Below are positions 23,600-37,600 of a DNA stretch of 44,935 bases, piece after piece. The stretch is taken from positions 19,041,975 through 19,086,909 of the forward strand of contig NC_068999.1 in assembly GCF_001194135.2 (NCBI RefSeq), in the 5' to 3' direction. The notes under the pieces are model-generated. The model was not told the origin of the DNA, did no database searches, and worked only from the letters and a program-made list of their open reading frames with translations. Each line of letters begins with the position of its first letter. Within the stretch, counting starts at the first letter, position 1. The translations under genes were made by a program, and so were the position numbers. Source of the stretch: Octopus bimaculoides (taxonomy: Eukaryota).

Positions 23600-25010
23600 T
23601 TGGAATCGCTGATATAATCATTTTCCGAACGGTTATATTTTTTATTTATTTTTTTTATGCGTCTCAGCAGTGGTCTCCCGAAACCCCTTCCGGAATTCCT
23701 CATGAGAAGTGCGTGAGGTCGGCCATGTCTCCATTTTGGTGTGTGCTGGTACATCCGTAGCGTTGCTTCTAAGTTATGTATTATACGTGCAGCTTCTTTT
23801 TTTCCCTTCTTTTGATTTCTCTTCTAAACGAACCTACAAGCATCCAGATGTAGCTAAATAATATATTGATTACCAAATTCCAGCCTGATGTTAATTTGGG
23901 GCCCTAGTTTGTGCATGAGTATAGTTTCCTTAATTCTTAAATTACTTTCAATGGTTTGAATTGTGACTGTTATGTATTTGTTGGTGTTCCGGCATCTGTC
24001 TAGATGTTTTCTGAAGGAGGGGGCTCTCGTGTTCAGATCTTCATTGATGCGGACGTGTAACGGTCTTGCTCTGCTACCCACATAGACTTGTTGCATTTGT
24101 TACGTTGTATTCTATACACAGCATTTACCCGTTGGCATAAATTTGTGTCACGGATGAGACAGTTTGTTAGTGTCCATTGTTGTCCCTTGTTTATTTCTTT
24201 GCTAGGTGTCCTCTCAAAAAGGGGCCGGATTGGGCTAGTTGTACGTCTAGCCCTTCTCTTCTTATGACTCTTCGGATGGATGTAGTTATCCTCTCGCTAA
24301 AATGGGGTATTTTAAGGAAGCATGTGTTGCTAGGTTTTCTATGTCGTCGGCGTGTTGGTCGTCTTGGGCACTAAAGCCGATTTACAATGGATCGAGGGCA
24401 CCCGTTGGTTTTCAGTGTATCTAGTGAGTCACCTTGTCCTCCGTTCTGTTGCACTTGCCCTCTCCCTAGATGCGTGCAAGTTCATTTCTGGTGTATCCTA
24501 GTTTGGCTCTGAGTGGAAATGCTGAATTATATTGGACAAACATATCTCTATTCTGCTGCTTTTGAATAGAACTCGGTGTGGATGTTTCCTCCTTGCGTTA
24601 TATTCAGTTTGAAGTAGTGCTAGCGATCCAGTGATGTGGGATGTTCTATAGTGAACTTGATGTTCATGTCCATGTTATTGAACGTCGTGAATATTATGAC
24701 AATCTCTTCACGGGAGGGTGTCAGTATGAGGATGTCATCTACGTACCTGGTGAAGAGGGCGCATCAGCGGCATATGTTGAGTGCTCGACGTTCTAGATGG
24801 TTCACATAAGTGAATGCTAGTAGGCCCTAGAGAGTGGATGCCATGGGGAGACTTGTTGTCTGTTTGTATATGTGGTCCTGGAAAGAGAAGTAGGTGTTGT
24901 CCACAATGATAGACAAAAGTTGATGTATGTCAGCTGCAGTAAGTCCGAAGCATATAGGCATGTATACATAGGTGTTCACAGTGTAATCGTCTAACAAATT
25001 CACACACAAT
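23600..25010 (-). mobile_element. Decayed Penelope-like element: RT + GIY-YIG endonuclease + probable 3' pLTR remnant
   Basis: NTYFSFQDHIYKQTTSLPMAS, RYVDDILIL (24722-24748), NIKFTIEHP, then NAVYRIQ.NKC..YVGSRARPLHVRINEDL (GIY-YIG-like). RT followed by GIY-YIG is diagnostic of Penelope-like elements. Confidence 0.88.
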
Positions 25011-25225
25011 TTAGATACAACTTCTGAGACGTAGAAGGTAATTGGGAAATACAGTGTACTGGGGGACTCAACCAAAGCAAAAATCTTGCAAAGCAAGTTT
25101 CTAAACCACACAAGCATGCCGAGACGAAGCGCTTCCTGCACCTATAAAATGCTCATATACATTTGTATGACTATAGCGGAAAGAACCAATTTTTGTTTAT
25201 AACAGAATAAAATATGAATGAGATG

Positions 25226-26482
25226 TATGGGGAGGGGACGAAAAGTTAATAGGCTGATACTGAAGGAGTGATGCTACAGCAGTGAAATATTTCATGCATG
25301 AATTTCAATTCTTCTTTCTAATAACTTTGCAGATAAATTGATATTTGACTCCTCAAAGAAAACGTCAAATGACTAGTAGTGAAGTCTCTTGAAAATGGAC
25401 AAAATTTAACATCGTACTCTTATTAAGTACCTGCAGAAAATAGTTTTAGTTACCAAGGATATTCATGCTGACATAGTTGCTACATTATGTGATAACACTC
25501 CAGCTTTATCAAAGTTGCAAAAGCGGGCAGTTGAATTTCGGAAAGAAACTGGCAGTTATGAAGTTCCTCCAAATTCTGGACATCCAGCAAGTGCCACCAC
25601 CAAGGAAGCATTGATCGTATTCACCACATAGTTATGGATGACAGGTGATTGACAATAAATATAATTGCCATTGTTATCATATTACAAGAGAGGGTAAAAA
25701 TCAATCTCCACAATGAACATGGCATGACAAAGGTTTCTGCTCGGTGGGTGCCGGGTCTACTAGACAACGCATAAAAAGCACACCAAACTGGACAAATAAT
25801 GGAGAAATCTTACATTGTTTGAGGTTGATCCAGCTGGTTTCTTTCGATGTGTCCTAACCAGAGAATAGTGAAGATTTCATCACCTTCAACTAGAGACAAA
25901 GAGTCAATCCATGCAGTAGACTCCACTTCCGCGCCTGCTCCAAGGGAGTCCAAGGTTGTTTCATCTACAGGGAATTTTTATCCTCAACTTTGAAGGATGA
26001 CTCAAAGCATTGTATTTGAAAAATATTCATTATGACCATCAACTGAAGGCACCATGAAAACTTGCTGAAGCAGTAACGAAAGGCTGCCGAGACCTAACGT
26101 CTAGGAAAACTGACGAAAGACGTCTTGCTTCATCAGAACAACACTCCACTACACAAATCGTTGGTTTTAATGACTGCTGTGCATGATTGTGACTTTGAAA
26201 TAGTTGCTCACCATCTCCACTTTTCTTTTGATTTGGGCCCATCTGTAAAATACGGTCGACTGACTGGGAACCGGTACCGCAGTGATGATGACACCATATC
26301 TATTGTCATGACTATTTTGAGAACACAATAAATGCCTCTTCCCGAATGATATCCAAGAACTGCAACGCCGATTGAGGAAGTGTGTGGACCGCAAGTGAGA
26401 TTATGTTGAAAAATAAATCTCATTTGATCACATTGCTTGAGATCATCTTGGCAGGTTGTGAGTTTTCCGGCCAAACCTTGTA
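25226..26482 (+). mobile_element. Near full-length decayed mariner (Tc1/mariner) DNA transposon
   Basis: About 1.26 kb between TA dinucleotides, with degenerate TIRs (tatggggaggggacgaaaagttaataggctga / gagttttccggccaaaccttgta). The disrupted transposase runs 25395-26416: MDKI.HR.LIKYL, VSARWVPGLL, HQNNTPLH, HHLHFSFDLGPS (from HPPYSPDLAPS), DYVEK*. Confidence 0.9.
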
Positions 26483-27954
26483 AAGTGACGCTTCACTCGT
26501 GTTAGTCATTTTGAGACTCATTCTCCTTTTCGATCTTCATTGGTTTATTAAACACACTGTTGGCCATGTTACTCTTAATATTACATCTGATCAAAGATGT
26601 ATATTTCTTTCACATCCATTTGGGAAAATCAATAAAGTATATCAAATCTGAAAAGAAAAAATAATATTAAGTCACAAATACTGAGCAGATACGTTAAAGT
26701 ATCCAATGATTTGCTTTCAAAACTTAGAGTAAATGCCATGTGAATTTAAGGTTTTGGAAACTAGATACTAAAGTCAATATGTGAGTTTTGAAGCTCAATT
26801 TGATACCTAGAGTACACTGATTAAGCAACTAACACAATTACCTCTTCATATATAATCTCGAATTTTTAAAGCGATACGAAGAGTGTAATTTTCTGAGCAA
26901 TTATCGTACTTCGAATACTGAAGTTACTACTATGTCTACAGCCATCAAAGTCATAGCAGACACCTTGACATTGTCACGTTGAAAACTAGAACCAAATTTG
27001 CATCAAATCGCTTTCAAACATCTTAGATAAGCAGCAAAAACAGTTGTCACAGCAAACCTAAAGAAAAACTAGCTGGATACGAATGGATTTTTTTCAGATC
27101 AATAATGATGGCATAAGAAAGGATAACAATAAACGATCACTCGAAGAAATAAACGGATGTTAACAGAAGCATGAGAAAATATATTTCTTACAATTCAAAA
27201 TCCTTTTGTCTTAGTTTCAAAAAATATCAGAAAATTATGGCATTCTATTCAATAATGCTGAATAACTAGTAAATATCGGTTGTGGAATATGCATCAGCGA
27301 TACATGGATAGGCGAATCAATTTCTACTAGTATGTCTAAATATAGTTCACACAAGTGACCGTAATCTATTTGTTGCATAATTTTTTTTCTTTTTAGTATC
27401 TGCGTCTTCGGTTGAAAGACAAACCGGAGAGGAACTTCCAAGAATTGATATGCAAATGCGATAAATTCTAGAATGTGATACACTTTCAACGACGAGCATT
27501 TTAAGATGTTAGGATAAATATTTCCAAACTATTTCTTAATCTGATCAGAGTAGACTCCATATCATGAATTTTAAGGAATTTACTTTTCATGTGTAACATT
27601 TATTTGAATCGTAGTCTGAAAAGAATAAAAGCTATGTCAATAATGAATTTAAGTGTAACATTCAGAAACTGGACGAGCTGCATTCAGAAACGAATAGAGA
27701 TTTCGATGTATTATTGCGAGGAAAATCAAATATAATAAAATTAACAAATGTCATCAATTCAAAGTATAAGACTAAATGATAAATTATTATATAATAACTA
27801 CCTTTTAAGTTTATATGCTTCATCATATCAATTTCAAACTACATATGTAATTCGGAATTGTATTTATTCCTTTATATGACTATATATTTATTCATGTATG
27901 TCTTTACTTATTCATTTTCCTGTATTCGTATTCCTGTATTCATTCAGTCGCTTA

Positions 27955-28444
27955 TATATATATATATATATATATNNNNNNNNNNNNNNNNNNNNNNNNN
28001 NNNNNNNNNNNNNNNNNNNNNNNNNNNNNNNNNNNNNNNNNNNNNNNNNNNNNNNNNNNNNNNNNNNNNNNNNNNNNNNNNNNNNNNNNNNNNNNNNNNN
28101 NNNNNNNNNNNNNNNNNNNNNNNNNNNNNNNNNNNNNNNNNNNNNNNNNNNNNNNNNNNNNNNNNNNNNNNNNNNNNNNNNNNNNNNNNNNNNNNNNNNN
28201 NNNNNNNNNNNNNNNNNNNNNNNNNNNNNNNNNNNNNNNNNNNNNNNNNNNNNNNNNNNNNNNNNNNNNNNNNNNNNNNNNNNNNNNNNNNNNNNNNNNN
28301 NNNNNNNNNNNNNNNNNNNNNNNNNNNNNNNNNNNNNNNNNNNNNNNNNNNNNNNNNNNNNNNNNNNNNNNNNNNNNNNNNNNNNNNNNNNNNNNNNNNN
28401 NNNNNNNNNNNNNNNNNNNNNNNNNNNNNNNNNNNNNNNNNNNN

Positions 28445-28486
<42 letters not shown>

Positions 28487-28500
28487 TGGATATGTATAAC
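27955..28500. repeat. (AT)n/(AG)n microsatellite spanning gap 27976-28444
   Basis: Direct inspection. Confidence 0.85.
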
Positions 28501-28811
28501 TATACGTATTGTATGTGTTAGTATATACTCATAGACGCACAGTTTTTATGTATTTCTTTCACAAGTACATATTTATTCAAATTAGTTTTTTAAACAACAG
28601 TTTTTTTTTGGGTTTTCTAAATATTATTATAAGTTTGTGAAAAACTGAGTGTAAAATTTCTTTTAGCATGTGTTGCTCATGTTCTTTCATATTATTTAGC
28701 AATGCTGAAACAGATATTAGGTGAAGGATATGATAGACTGTGTGTTCAGTGTAATATGTACTCATATAAATTTAATATATTTCTAAAAAGTCATAACTAC
28801 TAATTTTGTTG

Positions 28812-28812
28812 T

Positions 28813-28883
<71 letters not shown>

Positions 28884-28888
28884 CTACT
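28812..28888. repeat. (TAC)n microsatellite
   Basis: Direct inspection. Confidence 0.95.
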
Positions 28889-29185
28889 GCCGAATATATT
28901 AAAATTGCATTTTCTCCAACATTCTATCAAGTCAAGTTAACCGAAATAGAAATTTCACACAGACCGCCGTTGTAATATTCGAATAATAATTATGACAAGT
29001 ATCCATATTAAGCACGTGCAATTTATATACGTCTGAGCCGGCCGTTAAGGTAGTTTTAAAAGGCTAATAAATATAGTAAGGCCTTTATACAATGCATGGT
29101 ATATATACAACCATCAGGTGTATTATTTACCATAAATGATGTCAACTTTAGCATTATTATTGACGTAATATATGAGATACAAAAA

Positions 29186-29587
29186 GGCGGTGAGCTGACA
29201 GAAACGTTAGCACGCCGGGCGAAATGCTTAGAGATATTTCGTCTGCTGCTACGTTCTGAGTTCAAGTTTCGCCGAGGTTGACTTCACCTTTAATCCTTTC
29301 GGGGTCGATTAAACAAGTACCAGTTACGCGCTGTGTTCCATATAATCGACTTAATCCGTTTGTCTGTCCTCGTTTGTCCCCTCTGTGTGTAGCCCCTTGT
29401 GGGCAGTAAAGAAATAAGAAACGTTAGCACGCCGGGCGAAATGCTTAGAGGTATTTCGTCTGAAGTCGACTTTGCCTTTCATCCTCTCTGGATCGATAGA
29501 TTAAGTACCAGTTATGTACTGGTGTCAATCTAATCAACTCTTCCCTTGTCCCAAAATCGCGTACCTTGTGCCTAGAGTAGCAAAGAA
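29186..29587 (+). mobile_element. Dimeric tRNA-derived SINE (monomers 29186-29417 and 29418-29587)
   Basis: gaaacgttagcacgccgggcgaaatgcttagag.tatttcgtctg and the cctt..atcct..ggtcgat..aagtaccagtt block each occur twice; the 3' ends differ. Confidence 0.85.
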
Positions 29588-30269
29588 CGCATCAGATACA
29601 AAACATCGCGAAATAAATAAAATATATGCCGGAAAACTTCGGATTAGTTAACCTGAATAATGTTATTATCCTACTTTCTCTCACCAGTGTCAAAAATGAA
29701 ATGTCTTCAGCACATTTTAATATACATTAAATGAGTATATCTAACCCTTTCTCTTGCCACTCGTCATTATATATTTCATCTTAAAAATAGTGAATATTAT
29801 AATAGTTTAATATACTAAAAGACAGAGATACAAAGACATTGTCTTTTAATTAGTGCTACTGCTTATAACATTTGGATAACAACGTAGCATACTCCAAAAA
29901 GTAATAACCATTAAATAAAATTAATATATATTAGGTATTTAAGAGAAATTAAGATAAAATATTCCTTGTTCTCGTAATCAGAAAATAAATGAGAATTGAA
30001 ACTTTTTACTGAAATTTTAACTTTAGATTTGCCAAAATCATTCGCGTATCTACAAAGTAAATATTCCCATCCATATGAAAGGTCTAGAAACATATAGTTT
30101 TTCAACGAGTTATAGCTACCTGAGCAGTAATTATGTCTTAATACACGAACCATTCTTTTGAAAACTTGTCACAAACATTTATGCAGGATCGAGACAGTTT
30201 GATTGTATGCGAAATCGGAAAGGTATGAACTGAAAAATTTAAGCTAACTGTTTCATGCAGTCTTTTCAC

Positions 30270-30370
30270 TTTCCTATCTATTCACCAGGCTGGAACATAC
30301 GAGTATACTTTTGACCATTGGAGGATGAAAATCTAGGGTATTTGTTGTGTAATTTAAACTCGGAACATAA
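30270..30370 (-). mobile_element. Highly diverged fragment of the 29186-type SINE
   Basis: The minus strand reads tatgttccgagtttaaatt...ttttcatcctcc..tggtcaaaagtatac, resembling acgttctgagttcaa...ctttcatcct..ggtcgat..aagtacc. Confidence 0.4.
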
Positions 30371-32571
30371 AATATGCATAGAAAATATCAAAGAAATTAC
30401 CCCATGATGTAATGATTTGTCCAATCTCGTTACAGTTCATCTACCACGAAAGACAAAAATAAAAGAAAACAAATAGAAACCAAGACTTCCTCGATGAACG
30501 GGTTTTGTTGTCCCCGTTTCTTATGGCTACTTACACGTGTATCTGAGAAAATAAATATGTTTTTTCGGCTCCCGTGTTCCTCTGCAGGCATTCAGGTGTG
30601 TGTTCTGAATTAAGACTTTAACGAGTAACCTATTTATGTACGCAATTTCTTTTTGCCTTTGAACTTGCTATCTTGTATGAAGACATGCGTAATGTTATTC
30701 TGAAAATATTATAATTATCAGAACTTAGTTCTGATAAAAATTAAACCGCTATTTTCAATAAAAATGCTTATCCGAGGGAAAAAAAAAACCGAAACTACGT
30801 TATATATTGACAATGATATGTTGACAAATTGACTTACGTATTTTCAAATGCTTATTCTGAACTCAGTGAAATATGAAATCATAACGTAAAATGGATATGA
30901 CCTGCTTTCTCGTGTAACGTTTTTATTTAAAATTTTCCTTTTTGAAGGTTTACTTCGAAATGCAAATATTTCGTGCAACGTCAAATTCAGTAAAAAATAA
31001 CATTTTCCCATATCGAGCGAAAAGAACACTCTAGAGAGTTATTCATTGCATCTGAATGTATACGTACGGGTAGAAAATACTCATTATACGTTTGCAACAA
31101 TTAAAATAATCGCAATTTCTTTCGTCTTTATTGAGCCGAAATGCTGTATCATCATTTAAATAACATTTGATTGTGGTGGAAGGCCATTCAAGTAGTTTTG
31201 CTTTTGTAAATTTTCCAGTAACGAGTTGATTAAATGGCGGATGTGAAATTGAAAATCGGGATTTTAATTGCTATATTGTACATAGATATTAATATTTCTG
31301 TTCAATATATAACTGAAATAGTTTTCATCATATATATTAAGGCGAGCAATTATCAGTAGCGAAATAAATGTATAATAATTGGCTGCTAAAAGAAAACGAG
31401 TTTCAGTTTGCTACAGAATAAAAGAAAGAAAATATTTAAATAATTGAATTTTTTTTAGATTTTGAAACTTAATTTGTGAAGAATTTTAACGCCGTTAGTT
31501 CATATAAAAACACAATTTAGTTGTTGGTTGGATATGATACTCAGCAAAGTGGCACTGTATTTCTAGTGCATGCACCATCTTTTTCATTCTAAGTCTGGAG
31601 GCAGTTCTTCGGTGAAATTCGATTTTCCCTACATGAAAAAGGCACCAAATGAGAGATTAATTCATATCACAGATATAAAAGTAAACAAAATACAGAAACT
31701 AAAGCTATAGAGAGGATCATAGGAAAAAATAAAGAAATTTCAATGTCGTATATGAACATGAAATATAATCGTAGAAAAACGAAACCTAACGATATAAACG
31801 TACCGGGTCCATAACTGATAATGACTGTCAAACTTACACAGATTGCATGCAAAACACCACTTTCGTTTTTGTGGGCTAAACAAGTTAATTATGAGGCAAT
31901 AACATGGAATTAATTGAAATCATTCATCTGGTAATCATAGCATGCTACTAACTGGATTACCGAAAGAACATTCCCAGAGCTTAACAGTTCAATTCATGTG
32001 AGAATGTGTAACCAGAAAAAAAAAAGCGAAAGTGTAAAACGGTAATTTTTCTTCTTTTCTAGAGAGTTTAGAAGAGAATGATTACTGTGAAAATTCATAA
32101 AAATAAGATGAAGGCACTGAGACAGCTGAAAAAGCAATAATTTCTATTCAAGTGTAGTCCTTTTTCCGTATCAGTCAGCCCTACTTTCAATACACCAACA
32201 AGATACGCATTGCATCAAAGTACTTTGGAATCAACCCGTCGCACATAAAATATCGATTTGCGATTTGATTAAACGTATGTGTCTGTGAAGGTATTGGATG
32301 CCTGCGTTTTGAGTATTTCTCAAATGTTCTTTGCTACAGTACTTCTCTTGTTTTCCACATCTCACACAGGTGAAAAAACCCAAGCTATATCCTTTTAAGC
32401 GGTACATCATTACTGGTTGATGAAAGGATCTTAGGGTTTCATGGTTTCATTTATTTGTTTGTTACTGTTATATTTTCTTTTTTTTTCAGTATCTTCTAAG
32501 CCAACTCTGTGATAGAGATTCTTATATCCATACATACATATACAAAAGCTTATGCAGTCTTATATAATGGC

Positions 32572-32600
32572 ACACACACAGACACATACATACTCACACA

Positions 32601-32643
<43 letters not shown>

Positions 32644-32652
32644 ACACACATA
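32572..32652. repeat. (AC)n microsatellite
   Basis: Direct inspection. Confidence 0.9.
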
Positions 32653-34593
32653 CATGTATTGCTTTACAAAAGGCAAAATAAAACGCTATGCAAGGAGCTA
32701 CTTGTTACTCACTCAAAATTCTGAGAACATAAAAACATATAATGTTAAATTATCAGTCGTTGAAGGAATTTACACTTGTCAATACGAAAATTAATTTACT
32801 GCAGTTACACATATATTTTTGACATGACTAGTATGGTAATGAATTGTATCTAACTTCCAGCAATAGGGCTAACANNNNNNNNNNNNNNNNNNNNNNNNNN
32901 NNNNNNNNNNNNNNNNNNNNNNNNNNNNNNNNNNNNNNNNNNNNNNNNNNNNNNNNNNNNNNNNNNNNNNNNNNNNNNNNNNNNNNNNNNNNNNNNNNNN
33001 NNNNNNNNNNNNNNNNNNNNNNNNNNNNNNNNNNNNNNNNNNNNNNNNNNNNNNNNNNNNNNNNNNNNNNNNNNNNNNNNATATATATATATATATATAT
33101 AAACACCTTTATTATGGTTCATAATAGTTGTTAGCTGATCAATAATAATTGTTAAATATTTCACATTTACGCGAAAAAAGAAACGAGTTCAAGGTCTGAT
33201 CTATATTCTGCTATTAATGCATCAGAAATTGACATTTAGATTTGCATCTATATTTGTTCTGGAATTTGTATAAATCAATGTTTCAACGAACGTTTTGACA
33301 AACTGGGTATCGAAAAATTCGAGTGGACACACCTAATCGGGAATTCCATTCCAATTATACTACTGACAACATACCTAGTTTCATGCACATCTGTACCTGA
33401 GGTATGCATACATATGTGCAAGTCTCAATTCTCATATTCATCATATATGCGTATAAACACAAACAACCAAAGAAATGCTTTGGCTCGCATAAAATGAAGT
33501 TATTCATAACGACCAGCTTGCAGTAAACTACAACAAATTTCAACAAAGAAAAAACTGTAGATGCGCAGGTAAATATATGTACGCGTGACCATATCTGTAT
33601 ATTTACAGCATTTATTATCCATCAAGGAATAAGTCGTTTCCAGGTATACATCTAAAATTTAAAATGCACTAATTTGAAAGGCAATCATTAAAAGTTATAC
33701 AGAATATGTACTTAAAGGTTTCGGAATAAATTAGACGCAAATTTGAATTACCTTCAGGCGTACATAAATAATTTTAATGTGAATTCGTTTATCTAAAATG
33801 GCAGGTGTGAACAATAGTGTCATAAATTATGTTTCTAAGGAATAATCACACACTGATTGCATTTCTGATGGCGAAAATAATGTGAAGTTACGCAAATTGA
33901 GGTTTAGAGAAAAACAGACTTTGGGAAATATGCAATACACAATATTTTGCTTCAATCTTCTGTACTAGATGCATCAAAGGATTTTGTATGTATAGAGCGT
34001 GCAAAAAATATTCAAGCAAGTACAATATATGAGACACGACCAAGCACACACACGCACGCACACACACATACGGTGGTAAGAATATATCCCATGTTTTTTT
34101 TCTTTTCTGCGCGCAGGTAGCTAGTTCAATTTAGAGCGTCTGGCCTCAAGCACCTACACAGATTCTTCGTCTGGTTCTATAGCGCGGATGCCCTTGACAC
34201 TGTGGTTTTAATCCTGCCTGTTGTTTTCCGATGTACTACGTGCTGGAGATATGTCCATACAACACATTCCTTTTTCGCTATGTGGATGTTCATGCTGTGC
34301 GTACTAAAGATTCCCTTTCCCGAGTAAATGGGAATTCCTCAGGTTTAGCCAGTATCAGTGCTAATTAACTATCAAGAGAGCTAAACAGTAGGTCTTCAGA
34401 GGAGAAACCAACCCGCAAGTACGTTTTCGGCCTTCGACTTCTTACACTTTAAAGTGACCGGGGCCGCTTAAATGTCATAACTCCTGGGTGCATCGGGGAC
34501 GTGTGCATTTAACTCACTAAGGGATTTCATCTATATTGAACTCGTCTCAGTTGACTCAGATTCCAGACTTATGCTTAATAAGAAATAACCGTG

Positions 34594-34607
34594 GTTGCCA
34601 TGGTAGT
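34594..34607 (+). promoter_or_regulatory. RFX X-box-like motif GTTGCCATGGTAGT in a locally GC/CpG-richer region
   Basis: 12 of 14 positions match GTTRCCATGGYAAC. No associated gene was identified. Confidence 0.25.
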
Positions 34608-37600
34608 GAAACGTCCACACTATCATAGTGACTCCCTCAGAGTTAGCTCCCTTACATTTAAAATATGAAACTACTGCCTTCAAACGGTTTCGAGGTCCTC
34701 CTTGTTCCTCGTCGACTAGACCTAACTAAAACTTCTCTCCGCTGATCTTATATTGCATTTAGAGATTTGGTCCTATTCGTTGAAGTTACAAAGTGTAGTT
34801 TCATTAGATCGGAAACAGCTTTCCCACAAAATCTTTGTCGCCAGCCTTTATGGCGACAAACCAGACCCGGAGGTCGGCTTCCTTCAAGCTGTTAGCGCGA
34901 CTGGCGTAGTATTTAGTCTGGAGCAATTGTCCTTTTCAAATTTTACTTTCTTTCAAACGACACAGTGAGATCAATCAAAATAGTTGATTTGATGAACTAT
35001 GATGAAGTATGTTATCCGGCCTTAAGCCAACCTTCCGGATGAAGCATGCAGGCTATTCATCAGCACACTTATCTGGTTATTTTGTTCATCCTGAGAGATC
35101 TGCTTTCTATTTCGTGGAATTTGAAGTCAGCGGTGTATCATTAAATGTTAAACTAAAACGAATGATTTAATTCGGATATTTTAAGTGGTTCTCTAGGTTA
35201 GTAGTGTTGTAGAATAATTTAACTGGTGTTGTAGGTTAGAAGAATTGCAAGAAAATAGTGCTAAAATGGTTTAACGATGTTCGGTCTTCTAGGGACGTTG
35301 CACGATAATGTATGACAAAACCTTGCCCAAATTGCTCGGGGAAAACCTTTTGGGGCTAAACATGTAAGATTGGCCTCCCCTTCCTCCTCAGTCTCTTTAC
35401 CTACTTCCATATGAGTCAACTTTCAGCATCATTGATATGTTACTTTAAGTGACAACATTGATGGAGTTACAATCATAGTGAAAGCTTCTTTGCGTCGAAT
35501 CCTGAAGAAACTTACACATGAGGGATAACAATTTGTGCAATAAATGGAATTATGTTTACAACAATGAGGGTAATTTTGACATGGCATTGTTTCAAACTTA
35601 ATATGAATGACATATATACATATAGCATTTGTAATAGGCAACGCTTAAATCAAGCAGGCTAGGTAAGTCATCAGAGAACTCACAGGAATCAACTTTTTGT
35701 AAATTATAATAGGTTCACAACAGAACAAATTCAACCTGTAGAAAGGTGTGCCTTTCAGTTGGAGGATTGAAGAAATCTGTCAAAAGACATCATACGCTGG
35801 TACCTGTTCCGTCTGCTAACCAGCACAAGTGTGCATTATGCAATAGAAGGTGTAAATCATTTGTCCGGCTCAAGAGTCATACTACAAGCGCTTCACATTT
35901 CGCCATCAATTACTCATTTCAATGATTCTTTCTATCAATTGTTTTGCTTGTCTACGATACGAGAAAAAGGGGCTACTATATATATAAATATATATAGGAA
36001 GAATTCACAAAAATACGAAAGGTACACTAATACTAGAATATTCTGCGATTTCGGATGCAAAGGAAAACAGTGTCTTCTGATATTGATAGGACAACAGAAG
36101 CTTATTTTGTTATAAGGAACATGGAAAAGAACTTTAACGTGTAATAGAACACACCTTAGTTGTTTTAATTGTCATAAAGGAAGCCAGAATATGTTGCTAC
36201 CTGTACGAGTAATGTGGGTAAAGTGCCAATAATATGGGGTGTTGTAAATGGGATATTCCAACGTAATATCAACACAGCTTTGCTGTGTTCGAAACAGAAA
36301 TGATTTTGAAAATAATATAAGGGTTTGTGATCCCTGTTTGAGACCTAATGGCAGGAGTGAATGCTCCACATAAAATATGTTTATGCGTATAAGAGATTTC
36401 GCAAGTGTCTATGGTAGAAAAATCTAGTACCAAGCGTTGTCAAATTAGTGGAAATTGATTATTTTACATCCTCACATTCCAGCATCCGCCTGATATTCTA
36501 CATCTATACATTATTCACCAAAATTCCAAACCTTATTCAGAATTTTGGTCTTCAGCATTCTATTCAATTGCATGCATATCAAATAAATGTTAATGAAATT
36601 TAATTGCCACTGAAATAAAAATAAAAATTATTCCATTCGTTGCCGGTTTTTAAAATTATTCCGTCGCGGACATTTATGTGACATACAGTACGAATCTACC
36701 CACGCCACTATATTTTTCCTACGCAATCATTAGATAAGAACCTTCATAAATTTTAGTCAAAAAGCAGATTGCTTTCATGTTTCGAATACCATATAAAATG
36801 TGAGAAAAACATTTTTTTTAAAATTTAATCAACAGTTAGCATATTAAAATAAAATATGTCATACGTTAATGACCAAACGATAATGGAGTGTTAAATTGGA
36901 ATTAAATCGGCCAACATTCAAATTTCGTGAGTAATGGATATGTACCTCTGTGTATATATATTCGATATGTACAAAAATGGAGCTCATTTTGTCTCGTTGC
37001 AAAATAATCGTACGTTCTTTATGTTCCTCATTAATTTTGAGAGAGTAGCAGATACAGCTACAACAAACATATTTACATAATTTTCAGACGGTTTAATTAT
37101 CTTTGTAACCGCTTTTATAGCAGGATCATGCACGTAACAAACGTTTAAATTTGCAGGAATGTTTGATAATCTCATTGGTAGGCGGTCCATATTTATTTAT
37201 TTAAAATTATCTCAGATGTAGCAACTTTTATGAACCACAGTTTTTTTAATGTATTTTCGCCACCATCGCTCCAATCAAAACATTGCATGTGGCTTCAAGT
37301 AGATGTAAGACATCAATAACTTCCAATATACCGTAAATTAGGGGTTATCCTTTCGATTACTGTCAAAATATAATAACATCTATACAACCGTGTTGGGGGT
37401 AAGGCTAAAACTGTTTGGAAGCCTGTTTATATGCTATAAATATTTCATATACTTTCACATGCAGAAACGTTTGATAAACAAGCTCCAGTTTGTTCTATAT
37501 TATTATCTTGTCTAGCAATCTAAACGTATGCTCATAAATATATATGTATATATATATTTGAGCAATATAATCAATGGTTATTGATCTGTCTGAAATATCT

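Noticed and set aside
34680-34720. Minus-strand TCGACGAGG...CCTCGAAACCG, superficially hammerhead-like
   Set aside because: The CUGANGA box is not intact, it overlaps stem II, and no stem I is present.
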